Shown here piece after piece: positions 19,643-29,037 of a DNA stretch of 64,000 bases; the stretch's first letter is position 1, and every line of letters begins with the position of its first letter. Under the pieces are notes generated by a model. It was not told where the DNA came from and ran no database searches. It saw only the letters and a program-made list of their open reading frames with translations. The DNA is taken from the IMG/VR virus record IMGVR_UViG_3300030508_000019, one strand, 5' to 3'. The translations under genes and the position numbers were made by a program. The stretch comes from a virus.

Positions 19643-22234
19643 ATGCCTAATCTTTTACAAAAACTTACTTATTTCGACCCAGAAACCAGTAGACAATTTG
19701 TCATTGGGGATAAGGGATTCGCCTGGAAACAAGCGGTAAAATCTCCCGAAGACTCAAAAGTAACTCGTCTGGTAGCTCAATACGGCTGGGAATTGAAGTA
19801 CGGTACGGATACATTTTTGCTTTTTAAGCGCCCCAAGCAAAAAGGGGAATTAAATGTACTGCGAGGTACCAAACAATGGTTTTTGGACATGGGCGGGCCG
19901 GTTTATGAAGATACCCCCGGGGGAACGGGATTAAAGAGCCTACAGAGGGCTCTAGAGGATAACCAGATGAATATATCAAAAGCGGCTAACCCCGCTGCTA
20001 CAGCTGTTAATAACGCCGCAAAAGGCACTCCAGGATTAAATAGACGCCCAGATTACGCAGAAGCTGATTCCATTGTTGCTTTGGATGGTGGGGTTAAAAC
20101 AGGAAGTACGGGTTTGCCAGCTACTTTATATGTTACGAGCGCCGATTACAAAGGCATTACTCTAGAGAAATTTTCTTTTAGCCCAAATATCGAAAAAGCT
20201 AGGATATTTCCTCCTCTTATGGCTAAAAGTTTAAGCAATCAAATCAAAGGTAGATTTGGTGTCACTTCCCACATCATTTTAGCCTATAATTATGAGGAAA
20301 TGTTTAAGTCTATACTTGCTTTAAACCCTGAATCCAAGTTTTTGATAGATAAAGAAATTACATGGGCTAAGCGGAGTCTCAAAAAACAGGATCGAGTTAT
20401 TTGGTTTTTGCGCTGGATCCGCTTGGCTATCATGCAAGAACTTTATCATGCCGCTGGAGCCGCTGGATCTGGTAGACCTGCTGAACCAACATCCCCAGGC
20501 GAGAAATCCAGAGAACAGATTTATAAAGAGCGAGTAAAGAATGTTCTAGATCAATACAAAAAAGACATGTCAGCAAAAGGGGGAAATCCAGATGCTGATA
20601 GTATGAGTATAGGAGATTTATCGACTATACATGCAAATTTAGATCACTTTTATGGTTTGAATGTACCGGAGATCAATAATTATAGTCCGACAGTAGAAAC
20701 TTGGACTGATTTACGACAACGATTTTCTAGCATTGAGCAGGCTTGGGCAGAAGCAGCAAAACGAGGACTTAAACCTAAAACAGAAGATAAAGTTTTTATT
20801 AAGTTTCCCGATGGTTGGGCTTGGTGGTTTTTACCTCGCTCTTCCTGTGACCAAGAAGCTAAAGCCATGGGTCACTGCGGAAATTCCCCTTTCGCCGGTA
20901 GAGAAGGTATCGGCATACTCAGTTTACGCAGACCAGTTAAACACGGAAAAGATTTTTTGTGGGAACCTCATCTTACATTCATTCTTCATGAAGACCCACC
21001 AGGTGCTGACAGTGGAACTTTAGGGGAAATGAAGGGTAAAGGTAATGCAAAACCTACTCCTCAATACCATCCATATATTATGAAATTATTGGAAGATCAT
21101 AGAATACAAGGCGTTGGCGGCGGTGGATACTTAGCGTCTCACAATTTTTCTTTTTCTGATCTTACCCCTGAACAACAAGCCATCGTCAATAAAATTAATC
21201 CAGGCGTAGGAATGACCATCGCAGGATATTATAAAGAACATGGAATGGATGGAAAGCTGTTGAAAAAAATCAAAGCTATTTTGGGTTTAGAAAGTGCTAC
21301 ATACGACCCAAAATACGGAGTAGCGGTTGCCTCTTGGCCTAATGAAGAAGAGTTCATTAAGAAAACAGGTGACAGTGAAGCTAAGAAAGCGTGGATGTTT
21401 GTTCAGACTGGTGAACACAACTATGACAGCCCGGATATCGATGAACTCACGGACTTGCTTAACGGAATCAATGATCCGCAAATCCATAATATTGGTTTAT
21501 CCCTCACTTATGATTTTCCAGTAGAAATGCAATCATGGTATTCAAATTTCAACCCTAATGATAAAGTTGCGGTGAAATTGGCGCTTACAGATTTATATAA
21601 TGCTTACATCGCTAAAGGGCAAAAAGTTTTTGACCAGGAAGTTGACAAACTCAAAAAATATTTAACTACTCAGGAAAATGAGATGAATGAAACGGGAGGA
21701 TTCGCAAATCCTGAAGTTATACAAGAGATAAAAGAAAAATTAAAGGGTTACGATCAAAATAAAGTGTGGGATGCTGTGCCTGTACTACAAAAATTGCATG
21801 CTGCATATGTGGCTGGGGGACCAAACCAAGCAGAGGTAAGGGCAAATATTAAAAAGAAAGTCCAAGAAGGCTTAAAAGATAAAGATAGGATCAAAATCAC
21901 AACAACCACCGATGGTCGTTATTTGCAACTCATGGATGAAAAGAAACTGGTAAAAGATGCCCAAGGCCACCAAGACGCTGGAGGCACGGGAGGGTATTAC
22001 GATACTCCCGAATTTCGCTGGTCATTCCCCTATGATTGGGATGAGTGGAACCCCGAAAGAACAAATAAGGCTGTAGCTAAACTTTTTGGCGAACCTTCTA
22101 AAAAACCATCAAGGAATGTGAAGCAAAAAAGACTGTTTCCTGAGCCAAAAACTAATGAAGATGCCGTGCGCAAAGGCATTGCAGTGTCAAGTTTTAGGAA
22201 TCCCTTATTACAAAAAAGACTCATTTTTGAGTAG
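19643..22234 (+). CDS. large hypothetical protein (863 aa)
   Basis: Long uninterrupted ORF. No motif recognised by eye. Contains HCGNSPFAGREG. Lies immediately upstream of the HD-hydrolase / AAA-ATPase cluster. Confidence 0.5.
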   Translation: MPNLLQKLTYFDPETSRQFVIGDKGFAWKQAVKSPEDSKVTRLVAQYGWELKYGTDTFLLFKRPKQKGELNVLRGTKQWFLDMGGPVYEDTPGGTGLKSLQRALEDNQMNISKAANPAATAVNNAAKGTPGLNRRPDYAEADSIVALDGGVKTGSTGLPATLYVTSADYKGITLEKFSFSPNIEKARIFPPLMAKSLSNQIKGRFGVTSHIILAYNYEEMFKSILALNPESKFLIDKEITWAKRSLKKQDRVIWFLRWIRLAIMQELYHAAGAAGSGRPAEPTSPGEKSREQIYKERVKNVLDQYKKDMSAKGGNPDADSMSIGDLSTIHANLDHFYGLNVPEINNYSPTVETWTDLRQRFSSIEQAWAEAAKRGLKPKTEDKVFIKFPDGWAWWFLPRSSCDQEAKAMGHCGNSPFAGREGIGILSLRRPVKHGKDFLWEPHLTFILHEDPPGADSGTLGEMKGKGNAKPTPQYHPYIMKLLEDHRIQGVGGGGYLASHNFSFSDLTPEQQAIVNKINPGVGMTIAGYYKEHGMDGKLLKKIKAILGLESATYDPKYGVAVASWPNEEEFIKKTGDSEAKKAWMFVQTGEHNYDSPDIDELTDLLNGINDPQIHNIGLSLTYDFPVEMQSWYSNFNPNDKVAVKLALTDLYNAYIAKGQKVFDQEVDKLKKYLTTQENEMNETGGFANPEVIQEIKEKLKGYDQNKVWDAVPVLQKLHAAYVAGGPNQAEVRANIKKKVQEGLKDKDRIKITTTTDGRYLQLMDEKKLVKDAQGHQDAGGTGGYYDTPEFRWSFPYDWDEWNPERTNKAVAKLFGEPSKKPSRNVKQKRLFPEPKTNEDAVRKGIAVSSFRNPLLQKRLIFE

Positions 22235-22266
22235 ACAAACCCCTGCTTCAACTGTATAATAATAGC

Positions 22267-23037
22267 ATGAGTAGTTTACTCGAAATAGCTATTGAGCTGG
22301 CGCTGAAAGCACACCATGGGCAAATAGACTCGGATGGTGACCCTCACATTCTTCACAGCTTAGAGGTCATGTTTGCTGTAAAAAAAGAACTGGAATGTGC
22401 CCCCAATGAAACTCCAGATTGTTGCCTTCCCGTTTTATATGGAGCTACAAAAGAGCAACTTTTAGTAGCGGCTGTACTTCACGATGTGGTTGAAGACACT
22501 GATTTTTCTCTTGATCAGGTTCGTAAAGAATTCGGAGATGTGGTTGCAGATATCGTAGATTCCGTTACCCGACGTGAATCCGATGGAATAAAAGAATTTT
22601 ATCGTGATTTTATTTATCGAGCCCGCGCGTCGAAAGGCGGAAGACTAGTTAAAATCGCAGACCTCCTCACAAATCTTAAACGCCTTCCAAATATTAAAAT
22701 CGCTCACCCAAAATGGCATGACAAACTTCAATATAAATATCACTTAGCAAAACGGGTGTTGCAGACTGAAGATGATGCTGCTTACAAGGTGGGTCAGTAT
22801 ACGCAGTTCGGAGGCTACGTGGTGCAGACTGAAGATGATGCTGCTTACAAGGTGGGCCAGCAGTTCGGAGGCTACGAAAAAGTGCGGCAGGTAAAGCTTT
22901 GGGAGAAGCTTTCTGGGGAGATTAGGGGTTATGACCCAAAGCAGTATTTTATTGCTGATCCCGATGGTAAACGCAAAGAAATTTCATCTGCTGAGTTTAC
23001 ATTCTTATTTCCTACCAAGCTACCCGAACCGAACTAG
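22267..23037 (+). CDS. HD-domain (p)ppGpp hydrolase-like protein (RelA/SpoT HD family, small alarmone hydrolase type)
   Basis: ALKAHHGQIDSDGDPHILHSLEV… AAVLHDVVEDT… FGDVVADIVDSVTR match the SpoT/Mesh1 HD hydrolase motifs. Confidence 0.65.
   Translation: MSSLLEIAIELALKAHHGQIDSDGDPHILHSLEVMFAVKKELECAPNETPDCCLPVLYGATKEQLLVAAVLHDVVEDTDFSLDQVRKEFGDVVADIVDSVTRRESDGIKEFYRDFIYRARASKGGRLVKIADLLTNLKRLPNIKIAHPKWHDKLQYKYHLAKRVLQTEDDAAYKVGQYTQFGGYVVQTEDDAAYKVGQQFGGYEKVRQVKLWEKLSGEIRGYDPKQYFIADPDGKRKEISSAEFTFLFPTKLPEPN
22760..22880. repeat. approx. 60-bp tandem duplication inside the HD-domain gene
   Basis: 'gcagactgaagatgatgctgcttacaaggtggg(t/c)cag' occurs twice in tandem. The protein repeat is VQTEDDAAYKVGQ. 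Confidence 0.8.
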
Positions 23038-23105
23038 CAGCTTGTGACCTAGAAAAGTATTATTCTTTTATGGTAAACTCAGCATCTAAGATTTGAGGAA
23101 CAAAA

Positions 23106-24617
23106 ATGTCGATGACTGACAAGGAAATCGCTGTTGTCAATAATGCGCGTGAAAAGATTACGGAGCAGCAAAATCTTTTAAAACGCCTCACCGCCGCCGC
23201 TTATCATGTGGGAGTCGTTACCGCTGTTTTGGATAAATCGGTGATTGTAGTTACGGCAAATCAAGTTTTTGAGTTAGATCAAGTTGAAAGTTCTATCCCA
23301 GTAAAAGTAGGAATGTCAGTAGACGTTCATCCCGAAACGGGACAAATTGTTCGGGTAAGCGACTACACTACTTACGGGGTATCTGGAACTGTCGTCCAAA
23401 TAGACGATAAAACAATCCAACTTAATACCCCATCTGGTATATTGGCTACTGATTACGCTACCGTCCCCGTGGAAATTGGGGATCATGTGATCATGGACAG
23501 TACAAACCATGTCATCATCAAAAAAATAAATCAGACTTCTAAATTTGCCTTTAAAACGAATGCAGTTTTAACCTGGGATGATATTGGCGCATGCGAAGAT
23601 GCTAAAAAGGCAATTATTGCAGCGCTGGAAACTCCTTATGTTAAAAAAGATATTTTTAAGTATTTCCACAAAAAAGAAGTTAAAGGGGCTCTTTTGTGGG
23701 GTCGCGCAGGGAACGGTAAAACGCTCATCGGAAGAGCGGCCGCAGGTTCCTTGGCTCGTATGCACAGCAAAGAATCAGTGGAATCCGGATTTGTTTACAT
23801 TAAAGGGCCGGAGATTTTAGATAAATATGTAGGTGAGTCAGAAAGTCAAATTCGTTTGGCATTTGATTTTTGTAAACGCCACTACAAAAAATACGGGTAC
23901 CCTGCTATTTTATTCATTGATGAAGCAGATGCTATTTTAATGCGCCGGGGAAGCCGCACATCCGCTGGCATGGAGCAAACCATTGTTCCCCAATTTCTCT
24001 CTGAAATGGATGGAATTGAAGATAGCGGGACTTTTGTGCTTTTGGCAACCAATCGGGCTGATACGCTGGATCCCGCTGTAATTCGTCCTGGGCGTATAGA
24101 TCGACCAGTTTATGTAGCGCCCCCAACGAAGGAAAATGCGCCATCCATTTGGAATATTCATATGCGGAATGTTCCTTTATCCAAGGGGGTCAGCTCTGAG
24201 GAATTGATTAAAACTACCAATGAAAGACTTTTTAGCGAACAATATCCATTGTATAAATTGGAAACAACTATAGGAACTAGGGTTTTCAGTTTAGGTAGTC
24301 TGGTCAGTGGAGCGCTCATCGCTGGTATTGTAGAGCGAGCTTCGGCGGTTGCTATTGATCGTAATAATGACGCTAAAAATATTGATGGGTTGTGTCAAAA
24401 AGATTTCGACATTGCTTTAACAGCTATGCATAAAGAGCAGTATGGTATGAATCACATGGATGAGCTACGAGAGTTCGTTGAGAATCAAAAATTGCAAGTA
24501 ACAGCTATGGAGCAGTACCATAACGGGGTGAAGATCGATGTTCGTTCTCCATCTTCACCTACGGCACAACTGGTAGCTGTTCCAATTCCAAGTTCAAAAC
24601 AGAGGTATGATTCCTAA
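23106..24617 (+). CDS. AAA ATPase, proteasome-associated type (ARC/Mpa/PAN-like)
   Basis: N-terminal coiled coil plus OB-fold-like region. Walker A GRAGNGKT. Walker B ILFIDEADAI. Second region of homology (SRH) ATNRADTLDPAVIRPGRIDR of classic AAA proteins. Confidence 0.75.
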   Translation: MSMTDKEIAVVNNAREKITEQQNLLKRLTAAAYHVGVVTAVLDKSVIVVTANQVFELDQVESSIPVKVGMSVDVHPETGQIVRVSDYTTYGVSGTVVQIDDKTIQLNTPSGILATDYATVPVEIGDHVIMDSTNHVIIKKINQTSKFAFKTNAVLTWDDIGACEDAKKAIIAALETPYVKKDIFKYFHKKEVKGALLWGRAGNGKTLIGRAAAGSLARMHSKESVESGFVYIKGPEILDKYVGESESQIRLAFDFCKRHYKKYGYPAILFIDEADAILMRRGSRTSAGMEQTIVPQFLSEMDGIEDSGTFVLLATNRADTLDPAVIRPGRIDRPVYVAPPTKENAPSIWNIHMRNVPLSKGVSSEELIKTTNERLFSEQYPLYKLETTIGTRVFSLGSLVSGALIAGIVERASAVAIDRNNDAKNIDGLCQKDFDIALTAMHKEQYGMNHMDELREFVENQKLQVTAMEQYHNGVKIDVRSPSSPTAQLVAVPIPSSKQRYDS

Positions 24618-24827
24618 ATGTCTCAAGTACAAAAAGAAAGACCACAAGAAAAGAAACCTCGCCCTCAAGAAAATCATGGTCCAACTCTCGATGCAAATAT
24701 TGACATAGGGGATGCGGATGATATTTTGAAGGAGCTTGAAGAAATTGAACACCCGAACCAGAATATACCAGAATATTTTAGAGCACCCTGTTGTGTAGCA
24801 ATAGCTAAAAAGAAATCGGTTCGCTAA
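24618..24827 (+). CDS. small acidic protein, Pup-like
   Basis: The start codon abuts the ATPase stop. GDADDILKELEEIEH…NIPEYFRAP resembles the Pup helix DDLLDEIDDVLEENAEDFVRAY. It lacks a C-terminal GG[QE]. Confidence 0.35.
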   Translation: MSQVQKERPQEKKPRPQENHGPTLDANIDIGDADDILKELEEIEHPNQNIPEYFRAPCCVAIAKKKSVR

Positions 24828-25135
24828 TGCAGGAAAAGAAAACAAAACCGGCAATTCCTGTAAAGAAAGGAAAAGGTATTTCTCCGATCAATATCCATCT
24901 TGACCCTGTAGGCGACATTGTGGGTGAATTGTATGAGATCTCAAATCCCCGTCAGCGATTCGAAATTCAGTACACTGAAATTGATATACGTTCCACAAGG
25001 GGTGTTTGCCCCAACACTGGGCAGTACACCGATTTATCATTTAGCGCTGAAAAACCTCGTATTCAAGCTTGTAGAGTGGGTTGTTCTTGCCACGCCTGTC
25101 TTTACAATAATTGTATCGGACACATAGAGCCATGA
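24827..25135 (+). CDS. hypothetical Cys-rich protein
   Basis: 102 aa. CRVGCSCHAC cluster. Confidence 0.35.
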   Translation: MQEKKTKPAIPVKKGKGISPINIHLDPVGDIVGELYEISNPRQRFEIQYTEIDIRSTRGVCPNTGQYTDLSFSAEKPRIQACRVGCSCHACLYNNCIGHIEP

Positions 25136-25446
25136 ATTTATCCGCTTTATTCCAACTGGTATACCTTAGCATCCCGTGTGGTGCTCTGAGTGCATTGATC
25201 ACCCAAGGGGCGATATTTAACCCTCTACATGCTGCGTTACGTTTACGTAGCCCTTGGCTGGACGAATTGCTTTCCTGCCCATGGTGTACAAGTCAGTGGA
25301 TTGCGGCTATTTTGGTGTGTATTTATCACCCAATCGTGATCTCTTGTTGGGCTCCAATTGACTATTTTGTATCAATTTTAGTGATGGCTGCACTTGCGTC
25401 TGTCACCGTTAAGCTGGTATACTCAATATACAAGTCTATGGACTAA
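25111..25446 (+). CDS. small membrane protein
   Basis: 111 aa with three hydrophobic segments and a CPWC motif. Confidence 0.35.
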   Translation: MYRTHRAMNLSALFQLVYLSIPCGALSALITQGAIFNPLHAALRLRSPWLDELLSCPWCTSQWIAAILVCIYHPIVISCWAPIDYFVSILVMAALASVTVKLVYSIYKSMD

Positions 25447-25451
25447 TAATT

Positions 25452-27548
25452 ATGGGTCTTCAAGAATACACCACAGCGCTAAACGCGAAACTAGAAAAAG
25501 CACGGGACGCTTATTACAAGAAGGGCGAACCCGTGATGTCCGATGCTGAATATGACGCTCAGGAAAAAGAGTTGGCGGATATAATATCGGCTAATCCTCA
25601 ATTGAAGGTGTTCGCCCCTGTACTCCATACAGTGGGTTCCGATGTAACGGCCTCTGGAAGAGTGAAGCACAGCCGTCCCATGCTCAGCATTGAGAACAAA
25701 TACACTGTTGATGACTTTGTGGAATGGGCTAAGAAAATATGGGCAGGATATCCCGACGCCAAATTCTGCTTAGAGCCAAAATTTGATGGTGTGAGCGTAG
25801 AATTAAGGTATAGGCATGGAAAATTGCATCAAGCCGTTTCCCGCGGTACGGGCAGTGAAGGAGAAGATTGCACTTTACAGGTAATGGCGATCAAATCCAT
25901 TCCAAAAACAGTACCTAATAGTTTTCCAAATGTGTTTGACATTCGGGGAGAAATGGTCATGCGGAATGACACCCTTGAACGTCTCAACGCTGAGGCCCAA
26001 AAATATGGGGGTAAAATTTATCAGTCCACCCGTAATCTAACAGCGGGTACCATGAAAAAGCAAGACGCTAAAATTGTAGCTAGTCGTGACCTTGAATATA
26101 GACCTTGGGAAGTGACAGGTTCAGATTTAAATGATAGTGGGTTTGCCCGCTTGGATATGCTTGTTGATGCGGGGTTTGTCGCTCCCTTGGGAGAACTGGT
26201 AGAAGATGAAGCTTCACTACGAGCTGTTTTAGCGAAGAAACTTAAGGAGCGCACAACTAAACTTCGTGATATTCTTTCCTTGGAAACTGATGGCGTAGTC
26301 ATTAAAGTAGATTCGAATGCTTTACGCACACAGTTAGGAGTTGCTTCTAAATATACCAACTGGCAAACCTGCTTCAAACCCCAATCTGCCTCTGGTACTA
26401 CGTATCTACGCAGCATCGAATGGCAGGTAGGACGAACAGGAAAATTGTCTCCTGTTGCGGAATGTGACCCCGTGATACTGGCTTCCGCGAAGGTCGAACA
26501 CGCCAGTCTTAACAACATCTCCTGGATTAAAGAAAAAGGTTTGAAACTGGGGGCAAAGGTAGAAATGCTGCGATCCGGGGATGTGATCCCTCAAATCGTT
26601 CGTGTGATTGACGAAGGGGATGATGAAATCATTCCACCAACAAAATGTCCGGAATGCGCTGGAAAAGTTGTGGAGATGGATGAGGGCGGAGTAGGCATCA
26701 TTCAACATTTTTGTACCAATCAAGCATGCCCCGGTATTCTACGGGGGTATTTGGCTTTTATTGGTAGTAGGGATGTACTAGAAATCGATGGGTTGGGTCC
26801 AGAAGCAGCAAGAACACTAGTGAAAGAGGAAGGGATCCATGATCTGGCTGGGCTTTTTAATTTTTATAATAGATGCCAAGATAAAAGACTCTCCATGGAT
26901 ACAAATAAAGAATTTATCGCCTATGCTCGAATGATAGGATTTGATGCCACTCTTCCCAAAATGTTGGATTCCTTAGAGAAGGCTAAAACCGCTCCTTGGG
27001 AGCGTTGGATCAAAGCTTTGGGGATTCCTATGATTGGGGAAACTCATGGTAAAGCTTTGGTGACATTTTTTAAGCTCACCCCAGAGAGCTTCAAAGATTT
27101 ATGGCAAATTACCCAAAACTTGGAAGAGAACAAAATTGAGGGTATAGGGCCGCAGAAAATAAAAGCTTTATCTGAATGGGGGGCGAACCCTGACAACAAA
27201 GTTTTGTGTTTGTCATTATTCAATTTAGGTGTGCGTCCTACTCCTCCGGAAACGCCTAAAATAGTAGCTGGGGCACCTCTAAGTGGTATTATTTTCTGCA
27301 TTACAGGGGAGTTTGACGAAGATAGAAACTCTCTTATCAAGAAACTTGTTAGCTTAGGGGCCGAATCTAAAACTGGTGTAACCAAAAAAATAAATCTTTT
27401 GATCGTTGGTGATGACGCGGGAAAAACTAAGTTGACTAAAGCCGCAGAATTAGGTATAAAACAAGTAGGGAAAGATTGGCTCGTTAAAACTTTGTCCGAT
27501 AGCGGCATTAAAATGTCGCAAAATAACTTTGTTCCAGAGCAGGCGTAA
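25452..27548 (+). CDS. ligA: NAD-dependent DNA ligase LigA
   Basis: N-terminal Ia domain. Adenylation motif EPKFDGVS. OB-fold, Zn finger CPECAG…C…C, HhH region and C-terminal BRCT (IFCITGEF). 698 aa. Confidence 0.9.
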   Translation: MGLQEYTTALNAKLEKARDAYYKKGEPVMSDAEYDAQEKELADIISANPQLKVFAPVLHTVGSDVTASGRVKHSRPMLSIENKYTVDDFVEWAKKIWAGYPDAKFCLEPKFDGVSVELRYRHGKLHQAVSRGTGSEGEDCTLQVMAIKSIPKTVPNSFPNVFDIRGEMVMRNDTLERLNAEAQKYGGKIYQSTRNLTAGTMKKQDAKIVASRDLEYRPWEVTGSDLNDSGFARLDMLVDAGFVAPLGELVEDEASLRAVLAKKLKERTTKLRDILSLETDGVVIKVDSNALRTQLGVASKYTNWQTCFKPQSASGTTYLRSIEWQVGRTGKLSPVAECDPVILASAKVEHASLNNISWIKEKGLKLGAKVEMLRSGDVIPQIVRVIDEGDDEIIPPTKCPECAGKVVEMDEGGVGIIQHFCTNQACPGILRGYLAFIGSRDVLEIDGLGPEAARTLVKEEGIHDLAGLFNFYNRCQDKRLSMDTNKEFIAYARMIGFDATLPKMLDSLEKAKTAPWERWIKALGIPMIGETHGKALVTFFKLTPESFKDLWQITQNLEENKIEGIGPQKIKALSEWGANPDNKVLCLSLFNLGVRPTPPETPKIVAGAPLSGIIFCITGEFDEDRNSLIKKLVSLGAESKTGVTKKINLLIVGDDAGKTKLTKAAELGIKQVGKDWLVKTLSDSGIKMSQNNFVPEQA

Positions 27549-27559
27549 GGAGTGAAAAT

Positions 27560-27928
27560 ATGAAAATGAAAATCGTTACTATGTTTATCGCACTTTTCTT
27601 CGTTTTGGGAGTTAATTCCCAAGCACAGGGTGTTTCTTATCCGTATTCTGTAGTTTTGACTTGGACTCCCCCATCTGGGGCTACAGGTATTAATGTCTAC
27701 AGAACAACTTATTCGTCTGGAGCTTGTGGAACTTTCGCACTCCTGACAACCACATCACTCACCGGTACAGCAAAGACTTATACGGATACAACGGTAGCCT
27801 CTTTGGGGGATTATTGCTACGGAGTTACAGCTCTGGTTGGTGCAGCTGAATCAGGAATGTCGAATATTCCTCCCCCGTCACAGATTCCGCCTACGCCACC
27901 TACAGCCTTGGCTACACAAGAACAATAA
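27560..27928 (+). CDS. secreted Thr/Pro-rich protein
   Basis: Signal peptide MKMKIVTMFIALFFVLGVNSQAQG. Confidence 0.45.
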   Translation: MKMKIVTMFIALFFVLGVNSQAQGVSYPYSVVLTWTPPSGATGINVYRTTYSSGACGTFALLTTTSLTGTAKTYTDTTVASLGDYCYGVTALVGAAESGMSNIPPPSQIPPTPPTALATQEQ

Positions 27929-28347
27929 ACTTTTAGGTGCGGCGTTAACGCGGAACGATTTAGGTCGCTCCGGATGAAGGGGTAAGGTTTAGGTTACGAA
28001 TCCTTACGCTAATCGGTTCCAATCCGGCCCGCACAAGAGTTTTAGCGGAGGGGAGAGCATGACGCAGAAGATTGAGTCGATTCAGGATTGGTTGCTGAGG
28101 CACGGCCACCATGCCGAAGATACGGTTAATGGAGAGCCGCTGCTCGACCTGCTGTGGAAATTCTGGGTGGACTCCGTAAAGGAGCGGACGAAAATTGGAG
28201 GGTCAGGGAGATGAGCGCTGAATCCACAATGACGCCTCAACAGAAAATCTTGGCGGCGAAATTAGCGAAAGAATCGCTGGAACAACACTCAAAAAATATT
28301 TTGTTCAATACGGCAAAAACCCACATCATACACAATGGAGATGATTT

Positions 28348-29001
28348 ATGTCAATTAAAGAAATGTTGGAAAGTGCGGCACATGCGGTATGGGTACCCGG
28401 AGATGAAAAACTTTCAACTGCTGCCCCAGCTAAAGGTGCAACTCCAAGTTTTACTTTTCCGGGTTTAGGTAATTCAGGTACTGCACCTACAGCAGCACCA
28501 TCTCCATTTTTGGTACCTGGTTCCGTGGCTCTAGACGAGGGCGTATACCAGAAAGTACTCGCTAAAACAAACTTTGAAACCACACCGGCTTGTATCTCCA
28601 TTCATAAGTATTATGACGCTATGGAAGGTATGCCGATGGACATTAAAACTAAGTTCAAGATGGCAATAGCGCAAGCCGCCAAGCTTGACGGTCTGACGGC
28701 AGATAAAATCCTCGCCACATTTGATGGCTTGAAAACCGCTCTGGCAGCAGATGCGAATAATTTCGCTAAGTTTGCCGAGGAACGAGAAAAAACTCAAATT
28801 ACATCCCGGCAGACAAAAATACAGCAAATCACTGATCAAATTACCGCCCTGGAAACTCAACATACCCAGCTCGCCGCTGAGTTAGCGGATGAACAGAATA
28901 AACACGTTGCTGGTACAACGCAATACGCCTTGGCACAACAACGCCGAGCGACAGAAATTGATCAACAGAAGGCGGAATTTGCGGCCCTGCTATCGCACTA
29001 G
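28348..29001 (+). CDS. hypothetical protein (Ala/Pro-rich N-terminus, coiled-coil C-terminus)
   Basis: 217-aa ORF. Possibly structural. Confidence 0.4.
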   Translation: MSIKEMLESAAHAVWVPGDEKLSTAAPAKGATPSFTFPGLGNSGTAPTAAPSPFLVPGSVALDEGVYQKVLAKTNFETTPACISIHKYYDAMEGMPMDIKTKFKMAIAQAAKLDGLTADKILATFDGLKTALAADANNFAKFAEEREKTQITSRQTKIQQITDQITALETQHTQLAAELADEQNKHVAGTTQYALAQQRRATEIDQQKAEFAALLSH

Positions 29002-29037
29002 ATCAGGAATAAAATCCAACCACGGAGCGAAACATAT

